From contig PLLM01000061.1 in the NCBI GenBank assembly GCA_003141275.1, positions 7,131-71,130 of the forward strand: 64,000 nucleotides of DNA, in the 5' to 3' direction. Below are positions 1 to 9,376 of the stretch, piece after piece; the first letter of the stretch is position 1; every line of letters begins with the position of its first letter. The translations under genes were made by a program, and so were the position numbers. Source of the stretch: Phycisphaerales bacterium (lineage in GTDB: Bacteria > Planctomycetota > Phycisphaerae > Sedimentisphaerales > Anaerobacaceae). Below the pieces are notes generated by a model. It had not been told where the DNA came from and did no database searches. It worked only from the letters and a program-made list of their open reading frames with translations.

Positions 1-558
1 TTATTAGGATGGTTGCTCGGCAACATCGTTTACTGGGCCTGCCGAAAATCCTCACCTCAGAAGGTTGACCATTTTTTCCGAAAAGGTCAGCTTTTATCGG
101 CCGCACTCTACAGCATCGGCCACGGCGGCAACGATGCGCAAAAAACCATGGGCATTATCGCCAGTTTGCTTTTTAGCGCCGGCCTCCTGGGCAAGACATT
201 TCATATTCCTTTAGTCGTAGTGCTCGCCTGCTATGCCGCTATTGCTCTGGGCACGATGCTCGGCGGCTGGCGGATTGTCAAAACAATGGGGCAGAAAGTG
301 GCAAAACTTAAACCGGTAGATGGCTTTTGCGCCGAATCCAGCGCCGCCTCGGCATTGCTGATTTCAACCGCCTTCGGCATTCCGGTTAGCACCACCCACA
401 CTATCACCGGGGCGATTATGGGAGTGGGGTCGCTCCGGCGGCTAAGCGCCGTCCACTGGGGCGTGGTCGGCAAGATACTCTGGGCATGGGTATTAACCAT
501 TCCCGCCTCCGCTCTGATTGCAGCCGTAACTTACAAATTAGCGGCAACATTCTTTTGA
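1..558 (+). CDS. PiT-family inorganic phosphate transporter, C-terminal part (5' end outside the window)
   Basis: The frame is open from base 1; the ORF-track start at 13 is just an internal TTG. Polytopic hydrophobic protein with PiT/PHO4-type signature 'SIGHGGNDAQKTMGII' and 'STTHTITGAIMGVG'. TGA stop at 556-558. Confidence 0.85.
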   Translation, partial: LLGWLLGNIVYWACRKSSPQKVDHFFRKGQLLSAALYSIGHGGNDAQKTMGIIASLLFSAGLLGKTFHIPLVVVLACYAAIALGTMLGGWRIVKTMGQKVAKLKPVDGFCAESSAASALLISTAFGIPVSTTHTITGAIMGVGSLRRLSAVHWGVVGKILWAWVLTIPASALIAAVTYKLAATFF

Positions 559-671
559 ACCCTCATCATTGTTGCGGCGTGCAGGTGCAGGTAGTTTGCT
601 TTTTTACAAAACACCGGCTATGATAACAGTGATATTTTTACTTTTTACTTTTTGATATTTGCTTTAATGAT

Positions 672-1277
672 ATGACGATTGGCTATACTGAAACCGTTAA
701 TAAACTGATTGAGGAGCTGGCTCGCCTTCCGGGCATTGGCACCAAGACCGCCGAACGGCTGGCCTTTCATATCCTCAAATCCAAACCCGCCGATGCCCTT
801 GCCCTCGCCCAGGCCATTAGCGACGTCAAAACCAAAATCAAACAGTGCAAAACTTGTTTCAACTTCGCCGAAACCGATACCTGCCCCATCTGCGCCGATA
901 CCCGCCGCGATAAAAGCCTGATATGCGTCGTCGAACAGCCCAAAGACGTCATCGTCCTCGAAAAAACAGGCCAGTGCAGATGGGTCTACCACGTCCTCGG
1001 TGGCCACATCGCACCTCTCGACGGCATTGAGCCGGCTGACCTCACTATCGACAAACTCATCGAGCGCGTCAAAGCAGGGGGCATAGAAGAAATTATTATG
1101 GCGACCAATCCCAATATGGTCGGCGACGGCACATCGCTTTATATCAGTTCGCTCCTAAAAGGCACAGGCGTCAAAATCACCCGCCTCGCCCGTGGCATCG
1201 CCACCGGTTCTACCCTCGAATACGCCAACTCCCGTATGCTCTCCGACGCCATCACTGCCCGTCAGCCATTAGAATAA
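672..1277 (+). CDS. recR: Recombination protein RecR
   Basis: 201 aa with the canonical RecR layout: HhH 'LPGIGTKTAERLAFHIL', C4 zinc finger 'CKTCFNFAETDTCPICAD', Toprim-like 'ICVVEQPKDVIVLEKTG' and C-terminal 'ITRLARGIATGSTLEYAN'. Confidence 0.95.
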   Translation: MTIGYTETVNKLIEELARLPGIGTKTAERLAFHILKSKPADALALAQAISDVKTKIKQCKTCFNFAETDTCPICADTRRDKSLICVVEQPKDVIVLEKTGQCRWVYHVLGGHIAPLDGIEPADLTIDKLIERVKAGGIEEIIMATNPNMVGDGTSLYISSLLKGTGVKITRLARGIATGSTLEYANSRMLSDAITARQPLE

Positions 1278-1357
1278 AACCACAAATCTTGCCCTGAGCG
1301 ACCTGTGGTGAGCGAAGTCGAACCAAGTCGAAGGGCAGACAACCATTGGAATAGTAG

Positions 1358-1401
1358 CACGGCCATCCGCCGCAAGGCGTCCTGTGGACTGGCCGTGTTT
1401 T
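1358..1401 (+). terminator. Possible intrinsic terminator downstream of recR
   Basis: Stem 'cacggcca' (1359-1366) pairs with 'tggccgtg' (1390-1397) and encloses a smaller GC hairpin, followed by tttt. The loop is large, so this is a weak call. Confidence 0.35.
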
Positions 1402-1586
1402 AACAATAATTTTTGTAGGGCGGGGTTTACCCCGCCTCCCGAAAGGGATACTGCGTAGAATCGAAACTTAAACGGATTAAGCGGTCTTTTTCCTGCCGCA
1501 ATTCTCCTTGCCTTTCTCGACAATTCTGAGGATAATACCAGCGAGTGAAATGGTTCCTTTAAGGTATTAAATGGGAGATTCCTATT

Positions 1587-1862
1587 ATGGCCGGCAGACA
1601 ATTCTTTCTTTTCTCCTGCATATTACTGGCTTTTCCTTTTTCTGCAAAAGCAGATGAGAAACTTGTCGAACTCGTTAAAAAAACAAAGCCCGCAGTGGTT
1701 TTGATTCAAACCTTCGACAAGGACAACAAGCCATTGGGGCAGGGCAGCGGTTTTTTTGTAAACAATAAAGGCCATATCGTTACAAACCACCACGTTCTCG
1801 AAGGTGCTTATCGCGCCACAATTAAAACTTCGTCCGGTAAGGAATATCAAGATGACCGCTGA
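1587..1862 (+). pseudogene. Signal peptide plus N-terminal stub of a trypsin-like (S1/HtrA-type) serine protease
   Basis: Signal peptide 'MAGRQFFLFSCILLAFPFSAKA' is followed by 'KPAVVLIQTF..GQGSGFFVNNKGHIVTNHHVLEGA', the region around the catalytic His of chymotrypsin-fold proteases. The ORF stops after 91 aa, and the Asp/Ser parts of the triad are not encoded anywhere downstream. Confidence 0.5.
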
Positions 1863-3129
1863 TTCAAACGATGCTCAATTACTTTACCAGAATGGCTTAA
1901 AGGAACTGGGGCAGAAAAACTACGTTGCCGCACTTACCTTTTTTCAAAAGGCGAAAGAAAAGAATCCGCAAGATGCCGATGTATGGTTCCAGCTTGGTTA
2001 TTGTTACAGCAATCTTGGCCGCTATCAGGATGCGATAGAATCCTACACTCAGGCCCTCAGAATCAAGCCGGATGATGCCAAGGCACACTATAATCTTGGC
2101 GTTGAATACGGCGATCTTAGCCGCTGGCAGGATGCGATAGAATCCTATAAGCAGGCCATAAGAATCAAGCCGGATTATACCTCGGCACACTCTAATCTCG
2201 GCGTTGCCTACGACAAACTTGGCCGCTTTCAGGATGCGATAGAATCCGATAAGCAGGCCATTAGAATCAAGCCGGATGATGCCGAGGCTCACTATAATCT
2301 TGGCCTTGCCTACCACAAACTTGGCCGCTATCAGGAGGCGATAGAATCCAATAAGCAGGCCATCAGAATCAAACCGGATTTCGCCATGGCGCACTATAAT
2401 CTTGGCAATACCTACGGCAATCTTGGCCGCTACCAGGATAAGATACAATCCTATACGCAGGCCATAAGAATCAAGCCGGATTATGCCGAGGCACACTATG
2501 GTCTTGGCTTTACCTACGGCGAACTTGGTCGTTATCAGGATGCAATAGAATCCTATAAGCAGGCCATTAAAATCAAGCCGGATTACGCCGAGGCACACTC
2601 TAATCTTGGCAACGCCTATGGCGAACTTGGCCGCTCTCAGGATGCGATAGAATCGTATAAACAGGCCATCAGAATCAAACCGGATTTAGCGGAGGCACAC
2701 TGTAATCTTGGTGCTGCCTCCGTCAAACTTGGCCGCTATAAGGATGCAGCAGAATCCTTTAAGCAGGCCATCAGAATCAATCCAGATTATGCCGAGGCAC
2801 ACAATAATCTTGGCGTTGTCTACGGCCAACTTGGCCGCTCTCAGGATGCGATAGAATCGTATAAACAGGCCATAAGAATCAAGCCGAATGATGCCGAGGC
2901 GCACTATAATCTTGGCCTTGCCTACGGCAAACTTGGCCGCTATCAGGATGCGTTAGAATCCTATAAGCAGACCATAAGAATCAAGCCGAATGATGCCGAG
3001 GCGCACTATAATCTTGGCGTTACCTATTTTTTAGCTGGCGACAAGGGTTCGGCTCTCGAAGAATATAAAATCTTAAAAACCCTGGATACCAAACAGGCAA
3101 ATAAATTGTTTAACTTGATTTATAAGTAG
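1852..3129 (+). CDS. TPR-repeat protein (about 12 tandem TPR units)
   Basis: ATG at 1852; the ORF-track start at 1804 is a GTG extension overlapping the protease stub. Consecutive 34-aa units of the type 'YQDAIESYKQAIRIKPDYAEAHYNLG'. The C-terminal tail 'GDKGSALEEYKILKTLDTKQANKLFNLIYK' is shared with 3369..4292. Confidence 0.85.
   Translation: MTADSNDAQLLYQNGLKELGQKNYVAALTFFQKAKEKNPQDADVWFQLGYCYSNLGRYQDAIESYTQALRIKPDDAKAHYNLGVEYGDLSRWQDAIESYKQAIRIKPDYTSAHSNLGVAYDKLGRFQDAIESDKQAIRIKPDDAEAHYNLGLAYHKLGRYQEAIESNKQAIRIKPDFAMAHYNLGNTYGNLGRYQDKIQSYTQAIRIKPDYAEAHYGLGFTYGELGRYQDAIESYKQAIKIKPDYAEAHSNLGNAYGELGRSQDAIESYKQAIRIKPDLAEAHCNLGAASVKLGRYKDAAESFKQAIRINPDYAEAHNNLGVVYGQLGRSQDAIESYKQAIRIKPNDAEAHYNLGLAYGKLGRYQDALESYKQTIRIKPNDAEAHYNLGVTYFLAGDKGSALEEYKILKTLDTKQANKLFNLIYK
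1975..3010. repeat. 102-bp tandem DNA repeats (one TPR unit each)
   Basis: The string 'caggatgcgatagaatcc' recurs with an exact 102-bp period (for example at 2026 and 2128), and long near-identical stretches such as 'tataagcaggccataagaatcaagccggat' recur along the array. Confidence 0.85.
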
Positions 3130-3368
3130 GTATTTCCAATCAGCCACGCTTCTACTTCTCGGCCTCGGTGCGGGGGGCTGGGACGCTAACGACCTATGAT
3201 TAACTTTGGAATTACAGAACAAAAAAAAGAAGAGCTTGCACAACGTATGCAGAAATGCAGCTTGTTCGAAGGGCCCTTTCCGCTTTTACTACTCCCGGCA
3301 AAAGAGTATAATTAAAATCGCCTTTGCAGGGTGGGGCAAAAGGCAAAGAAAGAAGGAGAATAACGGCT

Positions 3369-4292
3369 ATGCAGATTATCGGTATCATCCTTTGGGCGAT
3401 TGGTGTACTATATGCTATTGCTTGGGGCTTCATCATACGTCAGAAGGCCAAGAATGAGCAGGCTACAGAACATACATTTGAACTCCATGCGTTACTTCTT
3501 GCGGTTTCAGTAATTATCATACCAGTTCTGTCTTTGTCGCCGTTCCATTTATTATGGATGTTACCCGCATCATTCGTGATTGGTTTAGCTAGCATGATGT
3601 TCCCACTCAATCTATTATGGTTCCCTGCTTCATTATACGGTTCTTTATGGTATGTCGGGGCTACGAATCCAGGCCGCGCCTTTTATTTAGCTGGCGATTA
3701 TGCTAAGGCAATAGAATGCTATAAAGAATCCGTCCGACTGAAACCTAATTGCGCCGAGGCGCATTTTAATCTTGGATTTAGCTATAGAGATTTAGGGGAT
3801 AACGAAAAGGCAATAGAATCATTCAAAGAAGCTATCCGTATCAGGCCTGATTACGCTAAAGCTCACTATAATCTTGGCACTGCCTACCGCGAACTTGGCC
3901 GCCATCAGGAAGCTATAGAAGCCTATAAGCAGGCCCTCAGAATTGAGCCGGATGTTGCCGATGTACACTGTGGTCTTGGCATTGCCTATGGCAAACTTGG
4001 CCGCTACCAGGAGGCTATAGAAGCCTATAAACAGGCCATAATAATCGAACCAGACCAATACCTTTACTATAGACTTGCTGCTGTCTACGACAAACTTGGT
4101 CATCACCAAGAATCGTTAGAAGCTTATAAGCAGGCCACCAGAATCAAGCCGGATGATGCCTCGGCACACTTTTGTCTTGGCGCTGCTTATTTAGCAATTG
4201 GCGACAAAGGTTCAGCCCTCGAAGAATACAAAATCTTAAAAACATTGGATACCAAATTGGCAAATGGATTGTTCAACGATATTTATCAATAA
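3369..4292 (+). CDS. Membrane-anchored TPR-repeat protein, paralogue of 1852..3129
   Basis: ATG at 3369, 10 nt after AAGGAG (3353-3358). Three or four N-terminal hydrophobic segments ('MQIIGIILWAIGVLYAIAWGFII', 'LLLAVSVIIIPVLSL', and so on) are followed by about 6 TPR units and the shared tail 'GDKGSALEEYKILKTLDTKLANGLFNDIYQ'. Confidence 0.8.
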   Translation: MQIIGIILWAIGVLYAIAWGFIIRQKAKNEQATEHTFELHALLLAVSVIIIPVLSLSPFHLLWMLPASFVIGLASMMFPLNLLWFPASLYGSLWYVGATNPGRAFYLAGDYAKAIECYKESVRLKPNCAEAHFNLGFSYRDLGDNEKAIESFKEAIRIRPDYAKAHYNLGTAYRELGRHQEAIEAYKQALRIEPDVADVHCGLGIAYGKLGRYQEAIEAYKQAIIIEPDQYLYYRLAAVYDKLGHHQESLEAYKQATRIKPDDASAHFCLGAAYLAIGDKGSALEEYKILKTLDTKLANGLFNDIYQ

Positions 4293-4361
4293 GCGCCTAT
4301 GAACCCGCTGAACTTTTATTGTTCGGACTCGGTGTGATGATTATAAGAAAAAGATGGAATA

Positions 4362-5438
4362 ATGATGGCAAAGAAAAATTCAGTAAAATTAAAATATGTA
4401 ATGACTATTCCTTCGGTGGACTTCCTAAATTATGTATCAATCAAGGACTTAATACTTCTTGGGAGTAGAGATAAACGATATCAAGATTTGAAAGCGCAAA
4501 ACCCTGTATTGAAGCAATATCTGGATTCATTTAAAACGATATTTGGTGAAAAATTGAATCCATCTATAGTTGCACGCGATGAAAGTTTACCGAAGGTGGA
4601 ACCATCTCAACTGTGTGCCTTTAGAAATGCCGTAGCAATTGCCGGAGTTATAGGTTCAAGAGTGTGTTCATGTCTTAATAACAACCAAACTACAGGATTT
4701 TATTGCACAGACCTATTTGATTTTAATCCGGTAAGCGTTTCAAGCGATGGAACAGACCTTATTGCACGGACACCATTCGAAAATTCCATTTGTTGCAAAG
4801 TTGATGATTTTATTGGCCAGTCCACACCTTCGGTAATCCATCCCGAACATATTATACCGGCGTTTGATGACAAACTTATGCTTGCCTTACTTGATGTAGT
4901 CGAAAATAATTATCGCACGCTTAACAAAAAAGAATTCAAGACCAAAGTGATCCGGTCTATGGAAATGGCATACTATGCATTGAGAAATCCATTTTTAATT
5001 TTAGGAGGTCAACCTGATTTTGGAGTTCAGATGAGTATGTGGGTTTCCGCGTTTGAGGTTTTAGCCAATCCGTATAACGATGCAGGTGTGCACTTTACTG
5101 ATGTCAGTGCGATGATTAAGGCAGTACCTTGGATGGATAAGAAACTACGTCTCAAGAAATACGCGGCAGTTGGCTCTCATAAGGGTCATAAGGCTACTCT
5201 TCCAGTCCAGATATATGACCGATTATATCGCACAAGAAATGCTTATATGCATGGAAATAAGATGCGCAAAGGGGAATATGAATTTCATAAAAGAAAAGGA
5301 TGGGGCAATCTATTTTTTCAAATACCAGCACTATATCGATGCGATCTAATGCAATTATTAAATTCCAATGGATTTGGTGAGTTTCTCGTCAATTCTCAAG
5401 AACAAAAACTTTATGAGAAAGTATTGTTGTCGAAATAA
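4362..5438 (+). CDS. Hypothetical protein with a C-terminal HEPN-like R-x4-H motif
   Basis: 358-aa ORF in a visibly AT-rich stretch. Near the C-terminus, 'IYDRLYRTRNAYMHGN' contains R-N-x3-H (Rx4H), the catalytic signature shared by HEPN RNase families. No other domain recognised by eye. Confidence 0.55.
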   Translation: MMAKKNSVKLKYVMTIPSVDFLNYVSIKDLILLGSRDKRYQDLKAQNPVLKQYLDSFKTIFGEKLNPSIVARDESLPKVEPSQLCAFRNAVAIAGVIGSRVCSCLNNNQTTGFYCTDLFDFNPVSVSSDGTDLIARTPFENSICCKVDDFIGQSTPSVIHPEHIIPAFDDKLMLALLDVVENNYRTLNKKEFKTKVIRSMEMAYYALRNPFLILGGQPDFGVQMSMWVSAFEVLANPYNDAGVHFTDVSAMIKAVPWMDKKLRLKKYAAVGSHKGHKATLPVQIYDRLYRTRNAYMHGNKMRKGEYEFHKRKGWGNLFFQIPALYRCDLMQLLNSNGFGEFLVNSQEQKLYEKVLLSK

Positions 5439-5585
5439 GGCAGCAATCCGCAGGGAAATCTGTGGTCACCATTCTCATTTCTCAAGGTAATAACCGGGGA
5501 CAGCCGTTTTCTCCCTTTTGATTTTTAACTTTTCACTTCCTCCCAATTCGCCGTAGGTGTGATTTACTTCATCATTCGATATTGG

Positions 5586-6560
5586 TTATTGGACATTGGA
5601 TATTGGACATTTATCCGTCTTTTCGTCTTTCGGCCTGTGTTTCCACCTTCTGTGCAGCCACCAGTATTGACTCGGGTCTTCACGGACAAACGTCTCAATC
5701 GCCTTTGTGTATTCGGCTGTAACCCAAAGCAACGGGTCTTTCTTATTCGCCCATTCCTCAGGCATTATTATCCGCGTAACTTCTATCTCAAAGAAAAATC
5801 GGTCGTCTATCCTCCTGGCATATCCGACGACTATCGGCAGATTTTCCGTCAGCGCAAGCAACCCTATGCTTTTATAGGTGCTCGCCTTTCTCCCGAAAAA
5901 GTCAACGAAGATTCCTTTATCGCCCGCGTCCTGGTCCGCGATAAAACCGATCGTCGCCCCCGATGACGCTACTTTGCCAAAAAGCTCCGCCGCGCCTTTC
6001 TTATCGATTATTTTTTGTCCCGCCCGTTCGCGCACCCCATACAGGTATTTGCTTATATACGGGTTATCCAGTGGCCTTGCGATGCTGTAAACATTGAATC
6101 CGAAAAGACCCATCATATACCCGAGGATTTCGAAGTTGCCGTAATGTGCCCCGACCAAAATCAGCCCCTTCCCCTCTTTGCTCAGCCACTTGGCACGCTC
6201 GGTGTTTTTGAATCGCGAATACTGCCGCCAGTTGTCTTTCTTCACAAGTCGTGGCGTAAAAATCACGTCCACCGCCAGCATTACTAATTGCTCACAACTC
6301 TTCCGTCCCGTCTCCTCATACCATTGCTCGCTCTTATCAGGATAGCTCGCGCGAAGATTCTCAAGTGCCCGTTGTCTTCCTCTGGCGTAGTGCTTCCACA
6401 ACTGCCGACCAAGGAATCGGGCGAATCTCAGGTTTGTTTCAACGCTGGATAGTTGCAGTATGCCGACTAATATTCGCAGACCCGCATACCCCAGCCAGTC
6501 GAGAATGGCATTGCGTTCCTTCTTGGTCTTCTTTCTCTTGACGAATAACGGACTTGCCAT
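5586..6560 (-). CDS. Lipid A biosynthesis / lysophospholipid acyltransferase (LpxL/HtrB family)
   Basis: N-terminal membrane anchor, 'LENLRASYPDKSE', the Hx4E acyltransferase motif in 'LVGAHYGNFEILG', 'ARPLDNPYISKYL' and 'IGFIADQDAG..GIFVDFFGRKASTYKSIGLLA'. This is the typical LpxL/LpxM family pattern. Confidence 0.8.
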   Translation of the reverse strand: MASPLFVKRKKTKKERNAILDWLGYAGLRILVGILQLSSVETNLRFARFLGRQLWKHYARGRQRALENLRASYPDKSEQWYEETGRKSCEQLVMLAVDVIFTPRLVKKDNWRQYSRFKNTERAKWLSKEGKGLILVGAHYGNFEILGYMMGLFGFNVYSIARPLDNPYISKYLYGVRERAGQKIIDKKGAAELFGKVASSGATIGFIADQDAGDKGIFVDFFGRKASTYKSIGLLALTENLPIVVGYARRIDDRFFFEIEVTRIIMPEEWANKKDPLLWVTAEYTKAIETFVREDPSQYWWLHRRWKHRPKDEKTDKCPISNVQ

Positions 6561-6600
6561 AAATCAAAAATTTAGCCCCCGAATTTATTCGGGGGTTATT

Positions 6601-7431
6601 TCACATTACGTCAAGCCGTCGCAGCGTCGCCTTGGCCCATCGCATACTTCGCATCTGCGCCGCCAGCAGCAGTAGCGCTACCAGCACCCAGTAAACGCTG
6701 AATCGCAAAATCATAGATACGTATGCAATGTTGGTTTTTTGTGCCTGGCACGCTGCTATCATCTCCGTTGGCGTGAACATCGCGCCCGCGAACACCGGCG
6801 CAAACAGTAATTGCCACGGCAGCAGCAATACGACGAACGATAGCGACAAAAAGAACGCTCTCGCGATGTGATTGATTCCGCCCAGCCGCCCAATCAGCGA
6901 CACCTTCATCGCGAATAGCATTGTCAGGCAATAAAGCAGCGAACAGGGTATGAGGATAAAGTCCAGGAACCTCACGACAGCCGCTATGTGTTTTACCCGC
7001 AACCGCAGCGCAATCGTCAGCTCCACCGGTGCTGGCTGGTTCGGCTCCGCACCCATCTGCAGTGATTGCCTGGTATTCGGCTCAGCAACGGCAGCAGCAG
7101 CATTGCTGTCCATCGTGATTTCTCTGGCGGCCTCTTTGATTTTATCCTCCGCCGTCGGTGCCTCTGCCGCCAAACTGCCAATAGCGGGGCCAAGCACCAC
7201 ATTGTCGCCCTTGACTAAGTGCAGATTCATAACCCAGAACGAACCCTGCACAAGAAGCAGACTCAGCAGAATGATTAAAAACAGAAAGTTCTTCCAGAAT
7301 TTTATCGCACTTACCGCTTCGAGACAATCTGTCGTGTCGACCAGATTGCCCATCCTTGACTGTTCCTGATCCATTTGGTTTCTCCTGTCTCTGGATTCCT
7401 GTTTGTCTTCAAATTCAAAATCCATACGCAC
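6601..7431 (-). CDS. Hypothetical integral membrane protein
   Basis: 276-aa ORF with a charged N-terminus and at least 4 long hydrophobic segments ('FLFLIILLSLLLVQGSFWV', 'FILIPCSLLYCLTMLFA', 'FFLSLSFVVLLLPWQLLF', 'VYWVLVALLLLAA'). No recognisable catalytic motif. Confidence 0.55.
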   Translation of the reverse strand: MRMDFEFEDKQESRDRRNQMDQEQSRMGNLVDTTDCLEAVSAIKFWKNFLFLIILLSLLLVQGSFWVMNLHLVKGDNVVLGPAIGSLAAEAPTAEDKIKEAAREITMDSNAAAAVAEPNTRQSLQMGAEPNQPAPVELTIALRLRVKHIAAVVRFLDFILIPCSLLYCLTMLFAMKVSLIGRLGGINHIARAFFLSLSFVVLLLPWQLLFAPVFAGAMFTPTEMIAACQAQKTNIAYVSMILRFSVYWVLVALLLLAAQMRSMRWAKATLRRLDVM

Positions 7432-7533
7432 ACTCGTTTAGACGGTTAATTATATTTTCACCTTTTTTATGTAGCCGCTATTATGCCCCTGTCTATTCAT
7501 CAGTTCAAGTATTTTATTGGATATGCCTTCTGC

Positions 7534-9216
7534 CTATTGCCTGTGGTCTTGTGTCTCAGGTCTGGTGTCTGCTTTCTGTTTTTCAATCGTTTCCAGTTGT
7601 CGGCGGATATCCTCCGCCAGATTTTTGGCACCCTTGGCCCTGGCTATCTTAAGGCCTTGCCGATAATGCACCGTTGCCTCTTCAACTTTGCCCTGTTTAA
7701 CAAGTATGTTGGCGAGCAGGTAATGCACCAGCGCGGAATTATCATCGACTTCAAGCGATTTGGTGTATTGTTCGGCCGCGTCCTGGGGCCTGTTCTTCGC
7801 CGTGAATATCAACCCTTTGCAGTAATAAGCGTCCGAATAAGCCCTCGGGTGAATCTTTTTTACATACTGCGCAAGTTCAAGCAGCCGGTCGAGGTGAGGT
7901 AACGCCTCATCGAATTTTCCCTGTCTGTACAACGAGCTTGATAATTCCCCGTGCGCAAGCCACGAATCAGGGTTTTTCTTCAGCGTATCAATCCACAGCG
8001 TGTCTCTGCTGGTGTATGCCTCGCATTGCCGCCAGGTCAATATTCCCAGCGTCAGCAGTAAAACGCCCGCCGCCGAGGCGATTACGAATCTGGCGTTTTT
8101 CCCGGAGCTGCCGAAAAGCGCCGCCCCGCCCGCCGCGACAAGCGCGATAGGCCCGATACACGCCATATATTGATAGTGGTCCGCGACAAACGTATAAACA
8201 AACGTGTAAAGGGGGAAAAACCCGAGCATCGGAAACAGCATCGCCGGGAAAAACAGTAAGGTAGTTGCAGGCCCCCGGCCAATACGGCTTCGCAGCAGCC
8301 ACGCGCATACAATCGCTATAACGAAACTTACAGGCCAGCCGTATTGCCATACCGAGTGTGCGTCAATGTTCCACCGCGGATAGCTGAACGCAAGATTCAC
8401 GGGCCAGAACAGTTTCCACAGGTAAAACCATAAGGCCCTGCCCGCGATAAGCGTTTTTTCCGTGCTGCTTAAACCAAGATTAACAACTCCCATACCTTGG
8501 TGATGCCTTTCCCACCACATTACCAAAAGCCCTATACCAATCGCCATAGCGATATAAGGCACAATTTGCAGCCAGCGTTTTACGGTAACGGGCGAGCGCT
8601 TTAGCCACAATATCAAAACAAGCGCAGCGGGCAGTGTGCACGCCGTCGCCTTGCTGAAAAGCGCCAAGGCACAAAACAGCAGCGACGCCGCATACAGCAA
8701 AATCGCCTTGCGCCCCGGTTTGCCGCCGAAGACAAATTCTACCCAGCACAAAACCGACAACAACGAAAAGAACAGCATCAAAGCATTTTTTCGCTCGGTT
8801 ATCCACGCCACCGATTCGACGTTCACCGGATGCAGCGCAAAGACCGCTGCGGCGAACCACGCCCATGGTATGGACAGGCGTCTCAAAACCAGCCACAGCA
8901 GCAGGGCGTTAATACAGTGAATTGCCACGTTTACCGTATGATAGCCCGCCGGGTTAAGCCCCCACAACTGATACTCAAGGCGAAACGTTGTGTAAGTAAG
9001 CGGAAAATACTGCGACGGGGAATCCGTTGAAAACCAGATGCGATAAAGCCCGTCGGGGGCAGACAAAAGGGGGTTGGCGGTAACGTAATCGTCGTCGTCC
9101 CAGACAAAGCCGCCCTGTATCGCCGGCATATACGCCGCGAAACAGCCGGCAACGATGGCTATCGCCCCTGCCAGCAGGACTAATTTTCTTCCCGTCTTGT
9201 CTTCTACCCGTCTCAT
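7534..9216 (-). CDS. Polytopic membrane protein with C-terminal TPR repeats (TMTC/PMT_2-like glycosyltransferase-fold family)
   Basis: N-terminal 'GGFVWDDDDYVTANPLL' motif, about 10 hydrophobic spans, then TPR units ('YYCKGLIFTAKNRPQDAAEQYTKSLEVDDN', 'HYLLANILVKQGKVEEATVHYRQGLKI'). Confidence 0.75.
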   Translation of the reverse strand: MRRVEDKTGRKLVLLAGAIAIVAGCFAAYMPAIQGGFVWDDDDYVTANPLLSAPDGLYRIWFSTDSPSQYFPLTYTTFRLEYQLWGLNPAGYHTVNVAIHCINALLLWLVLRRLSIPWAWFAAAVFALHPVNVESVAWITERKNALMLFFSLLSVLCWVEFVFGGKPGRKAILLYAASLLFCALALFSKATACTLPAALVLILWLKRSPVTVKRWLQIVPYIAMAIGIGLLVMWWERHHQGMGVVNLGLSSTEKTLIAGRALWFYLWKLFWPVNLAFSYPRWNIDAHSVWQYGWPVSFVIAIVCAWLLRSRIGRGPATTLLFFPAMLFPMLGFFPLYTFVYTFVADHYQYMACIGPIALVAAGGAALFGSSGKNARFVIASAAGVLLLTLGILTWRQCEAYTSRDTLWIDTLKKNPDSWLAHGELSSSLYRQGKFDEALPHLDRLLELAQYVKKIHPRAYSDAYYCKGLIFTAKNRPQDAAEQYTKSLEVDDNSALVHYLLANILVKQGKVEEATVHYRQGLKIARAKGAKNLAEDIRRQLETIEKQKADTRPETQDHRQ

Positions 9217-9376
9217 ACCGCCATACTATATCAAAACAGGCCGCCCCTGTTTAGCCCCTTCTCGTTTGCGCCGTCCGCATCCTGCTCAAATATCTGCTTT
9301 TTTATGCAAATAGCATCTTGACTTTTTTGGGACTTAGTGCTTAATTGTCCTCATGGTGTTCCTGCAAAGGGGCATC

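Noticed and set aside
1897-2598. 233-aa minus-strand ORF (and 2686..2904, 3819..4109) across the TPR arrays
   Set aside because: These are antisense to clearly coding TPR repeats. The periodic 'GIIRLDS.GLLIGFYRIL' peptide is just the reverse-complement reading of the 102-bp repeat and has no independent start or RBS support.
5559-6287. Plus-strand ORFs 5559..5966, 5878..6090 and 6015..6287
   Set aside because: They are entirely antisense to the well-supported LpxL-family acyltransferase gene. Their composition is low-complexity and Pro/Arg-rich, which is typical of shadow ORFs.
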